Positions 20,301 through 35,300 are shown, counted from the first letter of the stretch. The stretch is DNA of 42,072 nt from an uncultured Clostridia bacterium (GCA_947624885.1 CANQMD010000003.1:1-42072); one strand, 5' to 3'. Numbers and translations: made by a program. The notes: generated by a model not told the origin, from the letters alone.

Positions 20301-23300
20301 TAGCCAACCCTGACCTCGTTGATGAGGTCGCTCGGATTGACAACGGGTTGACCAAAGCCTGTTTCAAACTTGTTGACGTTGATTGCAAGCGCGGTATCCT
20401 TTGAGTCAAGCACGGCGTTGATGGCGATCGACGCAATGCCTTCCTTGTCGGTGTTGAGCCCTATGGACACGTTTTGAATGTCGGGCAATTCAAACGGCAG
20501 GCTTGCGCCAAGCAACAACTCGATGATGGCGCGGTCGAAGTTCAAACCAAGTCTGCCGTTTTCGATGTCAACGCCAAGATACAAGCCCTGCGACACTGCG
20601 CCGCCCAAAGCCGAATTGCTCGCGGCGGAATCCCTTGCCGAAGCGAGGTCCGTCGCCGCCGCGGTGCCGTCCGCGCTCTGCGTTCCTCTGTAGTAGGACG
20701 CGCCAAGCAGACCCGCCAAGCCCTGGAACTTGATCTTGCCAAGGCCAAGGTTGCTGAGGTCAAGATAGATCGCGTCGGAATAGATGGTGTGCGAGGCGTC
20801 TTGCAATGCAAGTTGGCCGTCTGAGTCAAGCCCCGAAGAGCCAAGATAGTACACCTTGGCGATCTGCTTGTTGAGCGGCGCTCCCGCGCTGATGGAGATC
20901 ACCATGTCGCTGTGCAAAATGCCGCCCAACCCGTAAAGCACAAGGTTGAGGAGGTCAAGGTTGAGGTCCACGTCGATCATCAACGACAGCTGACCTTCCG
21001 GCAGATTGATGTTGATGTCCGCAAGCACAAACTTGTAGTATTCCTCGTTCGACTTGAACGTGCTTTCCGTCTTGATTCCGCCGTTTGCGGGGTCGTAGAA
21101 CACGCTGTAGGTGCCATCGTCGTCCTTGGTGTAGATCTTGCGATCGTAAGTCATGCAATCCGCCGCGCTGATCTTTTCGTAGGAGCCGAGCAACTCGGTG
21201 CCGTCAAGCAATGTGCCAAGCAGGTTGCGCACCCAGCCAAGGAATGTGTCGTTGTACTCGGGCTTGTCGGAAGTGATGCCCGCCGAAGAAATGGCAAGTT
21301 CCGCGCCAAGCTGCAAGCCTATCGTGGGCAGATCCTTAAGCCCCGCAAGTATCGCCGTCGCGTCAACCGAGCCGCCGTCGGTCACGTTGCCGATCAAGTC
21401 GCCAAGGTTGAGTTCGCCTATCTTCTTATAGCCTGTTGACAGATCGACCTTCCACTTCCTCTCCTTGTTGTCGGAGGTGGAAGTCGCCGCATGATCTTTG
21501 AAGATGTCGCCCTGGTGGAATTGCTTTGTCACGTCGACGGGATCCATGTCGAGGCAGAGGTACATGCCGTTGCCAAGCATCAGGTTGAGGCTGAACACGG
21601 TGCCTTTGTCCGCGTCGCTCGCGTCCGCCTTGACAAGCAAGTCGCCAATGTCGTTGGGCAGCAGGTCGCGCGTGTAGTCCTTGCCGCGGATCTGCATTAT
21701 CTTTTTGTAGACGGCGTTGATGATCTGCGCGTTGAGTTGCAACAGCAACTTTTGCGGATTGACCGCGATGATGAGATATGCAAACTGCCTGCGCAAGGAT
21801 TGCAACACCGCAACGTCCTCGTAATTTGCAACAGCCGCGCCGTCGCCGGCGTCGTCCGCGCCGTCTATCCTGCCAAGCAAGCCGTCGATCAGCCCGCCCA
21901 CAAAGTTGCTGAGGCCTACGCCGCCAAGCGAGAGTTTTGCGGTCGAGCCAAGCAGGCCGCTCAAATCAAGACACAAGTCGTCGCCGTTGAGCGCTATGCC
22001 CAAAATGGTTTCCGGCGTACCGTCTTCCGTGCGGTGGCGCTGCAACGCGATGTACGCGTCAAGCGCAAACTCGCTGTTTGCACGATCCATGTCAAAGTGC
22101 GCACGGATGTCCAACGTCAGCCACGAGCCGTCGTTTCTGCCAAGTTCGTTGGTGATGCGCAACTCAAGCTGACTGCCCGCGATCTCGTCCGCAACGTTGG
22201 GCAACAACAGCCCTACGATCATGTCGAGCATCTCGCTGAGGTCAACCACGTTTTCGCCGCTCTTGCTCGCGCTGTACACCGACAGGTTGAGCGTGGTCGC
22301 CAACGTGATGTTGATGTTGTCAAGATCGACATACGGGTCAAGCACGGGCTTGCTGTCCTTGTCAAGCACGGGGTTGCCGTCCTTGTCCACAAGATAGGCG
22401 CCGTCTTCATCGATGTTGTCGTTCTCTTCCGCCTTGAAGAACTTGGAGCCTACGACTGTCGCCTGCTTCTCCTCGCTGATGGTGGTGCCCATCGCCGCGC
22501 GTTGATACATGAAGCCTTCGGGCAGAGAGATGTTCTCCTCGTTCATGCGGGCGTACAAGCCGTTGAGGTGCACGCCGATGTAGAAGTCGCCAAGTTTGAG
22601 ATATTTGCCGCCCTCTTGAAGCGTGAACGCCGCCTCGCCGTCCGTCAGGTAGTCCGAGGTCAACTCGTAGGCGTCGCCCGCCCATTCGGGATAGGCGTAT
22701 TGAATGAGGGCGTACTCGTCGCTCATCACAAGCACGTAGTGCTCGCTTGAGCAGTCGCCGTTGCCGCAGAACGTGTATTCGCCCGTTTCCGCGTCATAGT
22801 GATAGTAGTTTGTTCCCTGTGCGGGCAGATCCTCGCCCTTCACACTGCCGTGACTGTACGTGCCGTTTGCGCCGTACAGGCGGTTGTACTCCGCCACGGA
22901 CAGGAAGTACTGCTGACCGACCATAAAGCCAAAGTCGAGATCAAGCGTGGGATGTTCGCCGTACACGTTGAGCGTGATGCCCGACGACTCGCCGCCTCTG
23001 TTGACTTGCAACTTGGGCAGGAATTGCACAACGTCGTCGATCACCTCGTTTTCGCCGCCGACAAGCATCGCGATGAGGTCGCCAAGCAGATTTTCGTTCA
23101 TGCCGATCAACACGTAGTCGTTGGCAACCTTAAGCCTGCCCAGAATGACGTTGATGATGCCGAATATGTCCGCGGGAAGTATGCCCGTGTCAATATCGTC
23201 GTCCGCCGCCGCGCTTTGACCGTCAGCGGAAACAAGCGCGTCGCTCGCCGCCTTTGTCGTGTTGCCAAACAACAGACTCAACGGCAACTCAAGCTGCGCG

Positions 23301-26300
23301 TAGGAGAAGAAGTCGCCAAGCCCCACAACTTTGCCGTACTCCGAGAAGTCGCCAAGGAAGCGGATCACGTCCTCGCCCTTGTCGTTCTTGGTGATCTGCA
23401 ACAGTCCGTAAACGGATGGCTTATACTCGCCGTGGAAGTTGGTGGCATAGGTGATCTTGAGGTACACCGTCGCGCCTGACAGCGCCGACACAAGCGTATC
23501 GCCCGCCTTGCCGCTGAGATAGCCCAACAAACTCTGCATGTTGAGGTGCGCCTTGAGTTCGATGTCAAAGCCGATGGTGCTCTTGAAGTGACCGTTTTCG
23601 TCGTAGTCGTCATCTCTTGCGTCGCCAAGCGATGTCGCCAGGAACAGGATCTGCTGCGCGATGTCCTCGCCCACAAAGCGGCCGATCTGATACGCCCAGT
23701 TGATCACGTCCTCAAGTTCGACCTGTATGTTGAGGTTTGCGCCGATCTCAAGATATTGCAGATCGCCAAACAGCCCGTACACGTCAAACTCGCTCTCGTC
23801 GTCCTTCTGCGTGAGAGTCCTGAGGTCAAGCCCCATCGCCTTGGTGTAGTTGTTGAAGTCGCTGACAAGTTTGTACACGTGCACTGACGGCACAATGTAG
23901 TCCGCCTCCGTCATGCTTGTGAAGCCGTCGTTGTCAACGTCCACAGCGATATACTCCTCGCCGTCGACCGTGATCGCGGTCTTGCCAAGCAACGCGTTGA
24001 GTTGCGCAATATTTGCGTCTTTCGCCCCATCGCCCGCAACGTATGCGGCAAGATCGGACTTCTTGACATATTGCGTTCTGTCTTCGCCCGTGTAGCCCGC
24101 AAGATCGGACTTGTTGACGGCGACGTAGTTGCCGTTTGTGGCTTGCTTGTACAAAATGCCGGTGAACTCTGTGAATTTGGTGCTGTTGCAGATGGTGCGG
24201 TAGTCGCTGCTCTGCATGCCGAGCGCCGCGCCCAACTCCACGTACATGCCGTTGGTCATGGTGTACAGCCTGCCGGTGTAATGAGGCTGGTGCACGCTGC
24301 CATAGGCGTAGCGGCGAGCCTCTTGCGCGGGCATACCGTCAAGATCGCCGGAATCCTCCAGGATCATCGCCATCCTGTCGCCCGCGCGGCTGTAACGCTG
24401 CGTGGGTCCGGTGTACGGCGCATAGTGGGTCTTGTCTGCGTCTGTTGTCGGATCGGCAGGTCTGATTATGTTGTTATCGCCAAGCACGTAGCCGCCGCTT
24501 GCATTCTCATAGAACTCGTGATCCTGTGCGTCGCGATAGAGTTGCACGTAGTCCTTCTTGTTGTAGTTCTTTGCCCACGTGCCTTCGTCGTCGGCGTAGA
24601 AACTTGCATAATAGAAGATGTCGTTCACGCCCGTCTGCTCGCGCAAAACGGCGCTTTCCGTGCCAAAGTTGATCTCCGAATTGCCTTCCTCGCCGTTGAT
24701 GCCCTCAAGTTTCAAGCCGAGGTCAAGCAACGGTTTGGTGCCCGCTTCGTTGTAAAGCAGTGCGCCGATGGTGAGATCGTACGGGTTGAGGTTGGCTTTG
24801 ACGTAGATTTGCAGGTTGGGCAGTATGTCCGCAATTGTGCTGTCCGGCATCAACTCCGCCAACAACAGCTTGAGCAGACCCGACGTAACGTTGAGTGACA
24901 GCGCGTTGGTGAAGATGTTGATCGCAAGCCCCGATGTTGTCGAGCCGCTTTCATCCGTCGCGGAGGCTTTGTCACTCGCAACAAGCGCGTCCGCGCCCGC
25001 CGAGGCGTTGTCCTTCAGCAGATCGCCGATGTAGCCGTTGATCAGGCTTTCAAGCGGATATTCGCTCACGTCGACGTAGATCTTTGCCTTTTCGCCAAGC
25101 AGCCACTCCAGATCGATGTACAAGCCCGCCTCGCCGGTGTCCTTGTCATTGCTGTAGTAAATGCCGATGAGGTGAGTCAGCGAGCCGTCAAGCAGCTTGT
25201 CATAACTCGTGCGATTTTCTTCGTCGGAATATTCGGGCACCCAATCCTTGCCCTCGCCCGCCGCATCTTGTTCGGATTGATAAATATTTGCAGGTTTGAG
25301 GTCGTTCTGCTCGCCCCAAATGTCGATCGCAACGTCAAGGTCGCGCACGTTGAGCGACAGCGGAACTATGCTGATGTCAAAGCCGAGGTTGAGGCGGATC
25401 TCGAAGAAGATCTCGATCGTTTCGTCCTCGTCGACCTCGAATCTGCCCTCCAGCGAGCCAAGCAGACCGCTGAGCACTTCGCCAAACGCCTCGTTGATGG
25501 CGTAGTCGTCGCCGACGGACGAGTTCATCCAGATGTACAACAGACCGTTTTGGCGCAATTGCTCGATCTTTGCAGGGTCAGTGACCTGCCTGTAGTCGCC
25601 GTGATACTTTTCGTATGCGATGTCTTGATATGCGGAGGCAGGGATCTCGCCGTCCGCGATCTCGGGATGGAACTTTCTGTACGCCTCCTCAAAGATCTTG
25701 TACTCGGAGTAGACTCTGCCCGCGTTGAGATACAGGCTGCCGCGCAATGCGAACGACAGGTAGACAAGCTGGTCTACGTGCACATAATCGTACTTCGTGC
25801 CGGACAAATCGGGCGCGCCGATAGAGGAGGGCTGCCATGTGTGCACATAGAACTGCCCCGCAAGTTCATCGCCGCTGTTGGGATCATACAGATCGACTTC
25901 GTCGCCGGGAATGACCTCCTTGGACTTGGTGGTGTAGTGGTTGAGCCTGTAGATGTAAGCCCTCTGCATCCTTGCATACGTGGTGCCGACGTTGACGTAG
26001 TAGTCCTTGACGTCGTTTTCGATATCCGCAAGGTAGTCGGGGAATTTGCCCTCGTTTGCGTCTACGGCTTTTTTGTACTCGCCGGCGTCATAGACGTACA
26101 GCGTGTCGCGATCGATCATGATGTACTCGTTGTGGTACTCATAGTAGCGCGGGCCTGCGTTGGAAGCGTCCGCTGCGGCGAAGTACTTGTCCTCGCTGAA
26201 CGCGCCTTCAACATAGTAATCCTCCACCCAACGGTAGGTGCCGTCGGTCGCCTTGTCCTCGCTTGTGAAGTAGGTCCTTTCGACTTCCTTGTACCAACGC

Positions 26301-29300
26301 GATTTGGGAACTTCGCCCACAAGGTCTTTGAGGTCTTCAGCTTCCTGCAGATCCGTCCACTTCACGTCGCGGAACGGGACTGCGCCAAACGTGGGCATGT
26401 TCAGCCCAAGCGTTATGCTGTGATTCCACAGATAAATCTCAAGTTGCAACAGCGGATCGCGTTGATCGTCAAGCAGGTCGACGCAATACAGGTTTTCTGC
26501 GGGGATGTATTGAGCAATTTCCGCACTGCCCTCTGTATACTCGCTGTTTTCAACGTAAAGTTTGGGCGTTGACACTCCTATCGCGCCAAAGCCTTCGTCA
26601 AGTTCCGCACGGGAGAGTTGCGCTCTTGTTGCGGTGGCAAACTTGACATATTCGCCTGTGGATTTAAGTTTGATGTATGCGTCCGCGGCGGAAACGTCGT
26701 AGTACGCCTCCTCGCCGCTTTCGACCTTTGCGTCCAGCACTTGACGGTCGTACTGCGAAAGCGTGGTCTTAAGCACAAATGCGTTGCCCCTCTTCGTGTC
26801 CTTGTAGTAAGTGCCAAGTTTGCTCGCCCCATCGCCTTTGTACTCGGTCACGTTGAAGCGATATGACGAAGTTGCAAGCCAATTTTTGACTCCGGCGGTG
26901 ATCGTCGCCTTTGTCCCGTCGTCCGCGGTATCATACCTCTCCTTGGCGGTTTGCAGCGCTTCGTCGACGTTGATGTAGGTCGTGAGCGTGGTGTCCGCAA
27001 ACAACGTCAAAGAGGAGGAATTGAGGAATCCATCCTGCGGGAATTGAATGGCTTCCTCCTCGCCCATGAGGATGAGGAGAAGTTGGTTGATGAAGTCCGG
27101 ACGGACAAGTATCTGCACGTACTTGGACGTGATCTGCGCACTCTGCACAAACGCCCTGACGTAGCTTGTGATGCTGTCGTCCTTGAGCAACGGGAACAGA
27201 GGCTCCACCGGGGTTTCGTCGTCTGCGGAGTAGAATGAATCCACACTTGCGAGCGCCTCGGAGGACTTGCCGTCGTCACCGCCCATGATCTCCGCAAACA
27301 GGTCGCGCACCATCGCGCTGTTGACGTAGATGCCGGGCACGTTGAAGTAACTCAGGTCAAGATACAATCCGCCCATGTTGCGCTTGTAGTTGCCATTGTC
27401 GTTTTGATAGAAGTAGCTTGAATCGTAGGTGTAGCGCTCTTCGGGCAGAACGGTATCCTCCATCTCCTCTGTGATGGTCAGATACTTGTGGATCGTATCG
27501 TCATAATAGTAGCTGCCGAACTGCGCTTTGTAATAGTGGTCGTACCTGTCCTCGGGCTTGACATAGTTTTCGCTGTTCTCGTCCGTGTCCTCGGGATCGA
27601 GTTTTGCGTACGAACCTGTCGCCATATACAAGCCTACAAGGTCGTGGAAGTCTTCTTCGTCGCCGCCCTTTGTTTCAAGCGTGAGTCTGAGGTTGACAAA
27701 ACTTGACAGGTCGTCCAACAGGTCGATGAGGCTGCTGTCCTCGCCGCTGCCGTTAAGCAGATTCTTGAACATCTCAAGCACGTCGTTGAAGTCCATATCC
27801 TCTTCCTTGTTGGAAGAATCTTTGAAGTACTGCGTGCGCAGATAGTTGAGCATCGCCATGGTTTGCAACTCTGCGCTGACTTTGATGCGCAATTCGCGGC
27901 CGACGTCGCTGCCGTTGTCGGACTCTGCGAGGATCTGAACAAGTTTTTCACCGCCGATCGTGGGCAGGAAGTACTGCAACACTTCGGTGAGGTCTATGGC
28001 GTTGTCCGCGCCCGACCTGAAGTTGGTGGTGAGGTCAATGACCTCATCAAGCGTGATGTGGTCAAGATCGCCAAAGTCGGTGTAATCCGAAAGATCGTCG
28101 CCGCTCAAGGTGTAATCCCTGTAGTTGGTGAAGTCAACTTCAAGATCGCGCACGCCAAGTTTGAGGTCAAGTTTCATGTCGTACACGCCGCCGTCGCCCA
28201 CGTAGGATTGGTTGACTTTTGCGGCAGGCGTAAGTTTGTAGACGATCTCGCCCGCTTTGAGGTGTCTTGCCTCTTCATCCGCGGAAGTTCTGTCCTGAAG
28301 GACTTCGGAGCCGTCGCCAACGCCGTTGTCGATCACCTTGTCAAGGTGCAGACCGCTGCCATGCGTGAAGGACACCAGCCACTTGTCGTAACGCGTGCCG
28401 CTGTAATTTGCCGCCAACTCGTCGGGCTTGATGGCGCGGAAATAGTTGGAGCCTTCGGGCTGGATGTAGTATCCGCCGCCCTCGGTGTTGGGCCTGAACA
28501 CATAGTATTTGTTGTCGGTTGCGGGATTGCTGACGTCGTTTATGACCGCTTGCAGATCTGCGGGCAACGTCGCGATCTTCTCGTCGGTGTCGTACAGATG
28601 CGTCCACAGGCCATCTTGTTGCACATATTGATCGTCGGGAGAGGTCGCCGTTCCATAATAACGACTGCCGTCAAGCGCAATGCCCGCGGAAACTTCGAGG
28701 TCGATGCCGTCCTCGGTGTTGAGTTGCACTTGCAACGAGCCGTTGATCTCCTCATAGAACAGTTCTCTCACGGTGAATCCGAGATCCTGCGTGAGGCTGT
28801 CGGGAAGCAGATTGATGATCGCGTCAAACAGCATATCGCCGATGGTGATCGTCAGCAGATCCTTCCTGAAGAAGATCGCAAGGCCAAGGTTTTTGTTGTC
28901 GAGGTCGACTGCGCCGCCGCCGCTGCCGGATGTACCGTCGGAGGTCTGCGCCGCAACAAGCGCGTCGCTTGATCCTCCGCCTTCGCCGCCCGCAACAAAC
29001 ATCGGATCGGTGCTCGGCTTGTTCAGCTTGTTGATCAATTTTTCAAGCATCTCGCCCAAGTTGATGTCGCTGATGCTCATCTTGGGCAGATTGAGCACGT
29101 CCTTCATGTCGATGTAAACGGTGCTGTTGACAAAGTAGATGCCCGCCCACTTCACGTCGTAGCCTGTTTCGGCGACCTGAACAAGTTCGAGTTTGAGCTC
29201 GGACGAGTTGAGGTCGTACATGTCAAGCACAAGCGACGCGTCAAGTCTGAAGTGCGCCGAACTGTAACCCATTGTCGTGGAGGGCATATCAAGTTGTATG

Positions 29301-32300
29301 CCCGCAAGATTGCCCACTAGGTGGCTGAGGATCGTGCCGAAGTCTATCGTGCCGTCGTCAATGCCGAGTTCCAACTCAACGGAGAAACTCAACGTGACAA
29401 TTGTGTCGTAGAAGGGGTTGACGGGCAAAGTCAGATCCTCGTCGATCTCATCGCGGTGCTCGTCGTAGCCCGCCTTGGTGTAGCCGTACTCCAAGTTATC
29501 CACAACAAAGGAGTGCTTCATTCCGTCGCGGATGTACTCCGGCAACAGTGACTGCGTTCTGCCAACGCCGATGTCTATCGCGCCGACTTTTATGCCCGCG
29601 CTGAGCACGCCCGTCGTGATGTCCAACCCAAACCAGAATTGGTTGAGAGATGTGTAGTTGTCGACAGTCCTGTACAGGTTGCCGGTCGAATCTTTGACAT
29701 ATCCGTACAGGCGCTCGTACAGCTTGGTGATCTTTTTATAGGAGCCGTCGATGTATGCGTAAGTGGCAAGAGCGTGATGTTCGTCGCCCTCCCCTCCGTC
29801 ATAGTTGAGGAATATGCTTGCCGTGGTGAAATCGCCGTCGTCAAGTTTGAGCGCAACGCTGTAAAGGTTGAGCGGGACTTGTCCTCCCGCAACGCCTTCA
29901 ACGTCAGCATAGAAACTCGTCGCGGGCGAAATTTCAACGCCGTGCGCGACAAACGCGATCTTCTCGTAGCCGTTGGAGGTGAGGATGTAATATTCGCCCT
30001 CGTCCGAATACGCGCCTTCGTCATATTGATCCGCGCCGCCCTCTTCGCTCGCGGGGGTCTTTGTGTAAACAGTGGTGCGCTCCTTGTCGTAATAGCCGAA
30101 GCTGCCGTCCTTTCTTGTCACGACAAAGAAGTCAAATCCGCCGTCGTACTCTTTGAACTCCGGCTCTTCATACTTCTTGTAGCGCAGATCTTCGTACTCG
30201 CCGCCTTCCTGGAATTTTGCCCATTCGTCGGGATTTGTGGTCCTGAGCGAATCGATCTCCTTGTAGCTTTCCTCGCCGTAGGAGAGTCCGAGGTTGACGT
30301 TCATCACGTCAAACACGTCGTCAACGTTGCCAAGATCGGGCAGGAACGCCGCAAACACCGTGGAAACCAACGCCTGCGACAGCGTGATCTGGAATGCTTT
30401 GTCGGAGTAGGCAAGCGCGATGATGGCGTTGCGAATGACCTGTTCCTGATCGAGTTCCGCGTCCTCTGCCGTGACCGCTTCGGGAGTGGCTTCGCCGCCA
30501 AACAGGCCGCCGAAACCGTACTGCACTATGCGCTTGAGGTAGCCGATGAAGTTGTCTATGCGCGAATATTGCTCGGAATTGCTGCCAAGCCCCGTCGCGT
30601 CGAAATACAGCGTGCCCTCGCTCAGATATGCGCCGCCGAGCACTTTGTATTGATTGTTGCCGCTGTAGCGGGCAAAGTTGCCAAGATCGTCCACCTGCAC
30701 AAATTCAAGCGCGATCTCCATCTCGTCTATGCCGCTACTGCTGTTGATGAAGTCCTTCAGCTTCATGCCCGAAAGCAAGCCGCGCAGATCGAGTTTGGCA
30801 AGGTCGACGTTGATCGACGCCCTGATCCCAACGCCGCCGAAGAACGCTGATTGCGACGACAGCATGATGATCATGTCTTGCAATGTGTCAAAGTGATTGA
30901 CAAGCGCTCCGATGTTGTAATCCGCCGCGTCCGTGGACTTGAAGTAGGCAAGTCCGCTCAGGCTGATGGATACGATCTGATCGGAGTAATCGGATATGGG
31001 TTGATACGCCTTGACAGATCCCGCCTTGCCCAATGCTTCTGTGCCGATCGTCGCGGAGTAATGCACGATGTCCTCGATGTCGCCGTCATACAGGGCGTAG
31101 GAAACGTAAATGCCCTTCGCCTTGTCAAAGATGTACTCGCCGTCCGCGGATTCCGTGAAGTTGGTCACGGGATAAGGAACGCCGTTGACAAAGGTGACGT
31201 AACTCAAAGCATATCTCTTGGTGGAGGAGTCGAGTTTTTCGATCTCATCCTGCTTGAGAGGACGGTAGAGTTGCAACGTTTGCACATAGCCGCCGTTTTC
31301 GTCCTCCGTGAACGTGACGTAAAGCACGTCGTCCAAAGGAGTTGTTTCCTTAAACGTAACGTCGTAGAAACCGTTGAGCATTGCAACGATGTTCTCGATG
31401 TATTCGTCAAGACTGATGAATTCCATCGCGTCGTCGGGGTCGAGCAGCTTGTCCACTTGGTTGGTGGACAGCAAATTCACGTTCAGCCCAAGTCCGAGCG
31501 CAATGTCTATGGTGTAATTTTCGGGGATGTCGCCCTTTTCGCCCTCTATCGCGTCATATTCGGGGTTTCTGCTGTTGGCAAGCGAGGCAACAAACCTCAG
31601 CCCCAGCAGCGATTTGTCCATGCCGAATCTGTCGTCGGAGAAGTTGAGGAACAGTCCGCTGTTTTCGTCGTCGAGTATCGTCTGGTTGGTCGTGGAAGTG
31701 AATTCCTTCTTCAACAGACCGGAGAACAGTCGGCTGATCACCAAATTGAACGCGTTTGCATTGAACAGCACTTTTATGCCCGCAAGCGCGTTGAAGTTGT
31801 CGTTGTCGGGCCATGTCTTTGCAGTCAGCGCAATGCTCTGCACGATGAGGTTGAGAGCCTCCAACACGTGGTCAAGCGTGAAGATGCCGCCCGCGCTCTC
31901 CTCGGTCGTCTGCTCGCCCTCGCCCGCGGCGGGAAGCGCGTCGGCGGCTCCGCCCGCGATGTTCACGCCAAGCCTGTCAAGCAGATCCAGAAGTTCCACT
32001 TCCACCTTGGGACCGCCCACGCCACTGAGATCAATGTACAGCCTGCCGTTGTCAAAGTTGAGATTTATCTTCGCCTTGCTGTTTTCGCCGTCCTCCCATG
32101 TGAAGTCGAGGGTGAGTTGCAACTCAAGCGCTTGGAAAATCGTCGCAAGGTCAAACTTGAGTTTGGTCAGGTTATCAAAGAAATCCGTCGTGAGCGACAG
32201 CCACGGCACGTTGAGGTTGAGCGCCTCAAGGTCGAGTTGCGCCTTGATGCCCAGCATAAAGCCGTCGTCCATCTTGTCGTCAAGCATCAAGTTGAGCCCA

Positions 32301-35300
32301 AGCCTGTTGAGCAACTCGCCAAGCATAAAGCCTTCTTTATCTATGCCGTATTCAAACTCGCCGTTCTTCACGCCGAGGTGGATCTGAGGCATCATCATTG
32401 TCATGACGGACTTGAGGTCGTCAATGCCCAACACAAGTTCCAGGATGTCGTCAAATGAGAATCCGTCGCGCACAAAGCTGCCGTTCTTGTCCTGCACAAA
32501 CCTGTGCTGACGTTGATCGTAGCTGTAGCGCTCGCTGTCCTTGTAGGTGTAAAGCACGGTCCTGTCGTCGATGTGGAGATAGGTCGCGCTTGCGCTGTAA
32601 TCCACATACAGACTGAGGTCGAGGTTGATGAATCTGGTGTCGTCGTGCGCCTCGAAGTAGTCCGTCTGCGCGTATGTCCCCTCCTGCTTTTCAGAGCCGG
32701 TATACTTGTCGGGATTCGCGTCATACTCGCTCTTGAGCACATACGAATACGTTCCGTCGGCGTTTTTGATCCTGTAATATGCGCCGTCGTCGCTCTGCAC
32801 ATACGCCTTGCGGGAGGCGACTTCGTCAACAAGTTGTTTCACCTCGTTGTAAACGTCGCTCTGCCCCGCGCTTGTTGAAATGCCGATGTTCGACAAATCA
32901 AGAGAGAGGTCGATATAGTTGCTGGTCAAGTCGATGGTGAGCGCAAGCGGGCTGAAATCGAGGTTTGCCTCAACGTTTATGCCAAGGTCGAGGCTCTGGA
33001 TCTTTTCGTCCACGTCGCCCTTTACAAACGAGTCGATCAAGCCCAACATCACGTTTTCAACCAAAATCAACCCGATCCTGCCGCCCGCGATGTTGAGGAT
33101 CACTTCCATCTGCTCTCCCGCCGCCTGCAAGTCGGGATCATCCGCCGCCGCAAGCGCGTCGGAGCCCTCTGCTCCGCTGCCGCCTATGCCCAGCAACTTG
33201 CTGATCTCGTCGATGATGAGCGTGCAGATGTTGGTGTTTTCGATGTAGAACGGGTCTGCGGACAGCACGCCTATATCTACATAAAGAGTTGTTCCATTAA
33301 TATATATACCAATTAAATCTTGTCCGTTTGCTTTGAGCGTGACCGCGATCACGGTGTTGTTGGGGTCGCCAAGGTTGAGGTTTGCGCCCAACTCGATGTC
33401 AAAATCATAGGTGAACGTGTCGTTGATGTCCACGCCGAGATCCAGTTTGAGTTTGCTTGCAAACGCGTCAAGGAAGTTTTGGATCCTGATGCCGTCTTCC
33501 TGCTCCTTAAGCACAAGTTCCGCGCCGATGCTCAACTTGAGCGAAATGTCGTTGAGATTCTCCGCGCTGGTGTACCTGCTGCTGTCAAAATAGGATGGCA
33601 ACACATCGCCGTCGGAGCCAAGTTCGACGCCGATGTCGTTGATGTCAAGCCCCAGATATACGGGGTCGATCTGCAACCTGAGGCTGAGATCGTACAGCCA
33701 CGAGAAGCTGAAGTAACTCTCGTCCTCGTTGAGTCCGATGAAGTCGCGCTCCGCAATGTTGGTGCCCAAAATCATGTTGAGCACCGCGGTGATCATGCCG
33801 GAAGCGAAGTTGGCGGAAATGCCGTCCAACCCGACTTTGAGGCTGCTTGCAAACTGCCCGAGCATTGCCAGCACGGAACTTATCGTGCCCATTATGGACG
33901 TGTCGCCCGCAGCGTCGCCCGTCGCTTCGCCCGTGCTCTCGTCTGCGGAGTATGCCGCAGGCTCAACCTGCTCCCCTTCCGTATCCGTGGAGGGATGGAG
34001 CAGCTGGTTCAGGAGATCGCCAAGGCTGAGATTTGCCACGGCGATGTGGAATTCCTGACCAAAGTCGACGTACAGAGTGCTGACCGCCTTGCCGTGTGCG
34101 TCGTCGCCTTGATACACAAGCCTCAACGCGAGCAAAGTCGCCGCTTCCCTGTCTGCGTCGGAAGTCATATCGTCGATGTTTTCGACCGCGGTATTGAATA
34201 TCTCGATGGCGAGGTCCGCGTGGCTGAGCATGTAGTCGATGTCAAACGGCGAGATCGTCTTGTAAAGCGCGACATCTTCAAACGAGCCTGCGTTGAGATC
34301 GGTCACCTTCGTCTTGTAGTAGCCGTTGTCAGTCTTGACATAGTAATCGCCCGTTTCGTACTTGCCGTCCTTTGCGGTCGCCTCGGTCAGCGACATGCCG
34401 CCCTCGGTGTAATACTTGACGTAGACGGTTTCGGTGCCGTTTTGGATATGTTCGCGCGCGGTGGCAACGTCAACGGGGAGATACTTCACGCCGTATTGCT
34501 TTTGATACAGCGTGCCCTTGTAGGATTGCACGTCGCCCGTGAACAGGTTGTAGACCGTGTCGCCGCCTGCAAGCGTCTGTTCCTCATACAGATCGCCCTC
34601 GAACGTCGTGGGATTGTTCACCGCAGAGTATCTGCTCCTGAGTATGTACAGTTCGGAATATTTGTCAAGCCCCTCGTCGGTGTCGACTGCGACAAATTTG
34701 GCGCTTTGCAAAATATCTACGCTCGCCAACGGGTTGAAACGAAGTTCCAGCGCTATGCGCAAACCTATCGTCGCGCCCTCCTCGATGGGGGTGTTGAATT
34801 GCAACATGAGTTGATTGATGAATGAGTCGAGTTTTTCGTTGTTGCCGATGGTCACGTTCATCGCGTCGGTGACAGCGCCTATCCACTTGCCGAGCGTCCA
34901 ATCCTCTGTGCCCGCGATCGCGCCAACGGTGATGTTGCCTTTGATCTCCGCAAAGACGGAGGGCATCACAAGGTCGCCTGCCGTGTTGAACAACTCGACG
35001 GGAGCCCACTCAAGAGCGTCGTTGTTGACGTATTCGCCGACTTCGGTCTGAACGACCTCCATGCCTTCCTCGCCCTCCACGTTGCGCACAACGTTGACGG
35101 GAGCAAGCGTGGAGCCGCCGCCCTTGATGGCGATGTCCTTGGCGTAGATCTCGGCGGAAGTGACCTTCTGGTTAGCGTCGTTTTTGATCTCGCCCATAAA
35201 GCGCAACACTTTGCCTTCGTGGACGTCCTCTGCCTCAAGCCTGTCCCAAGCGATCTCAAGCCACGCCGTCAGATCCGCGACGTTTACGCCCGTGAGTGCA

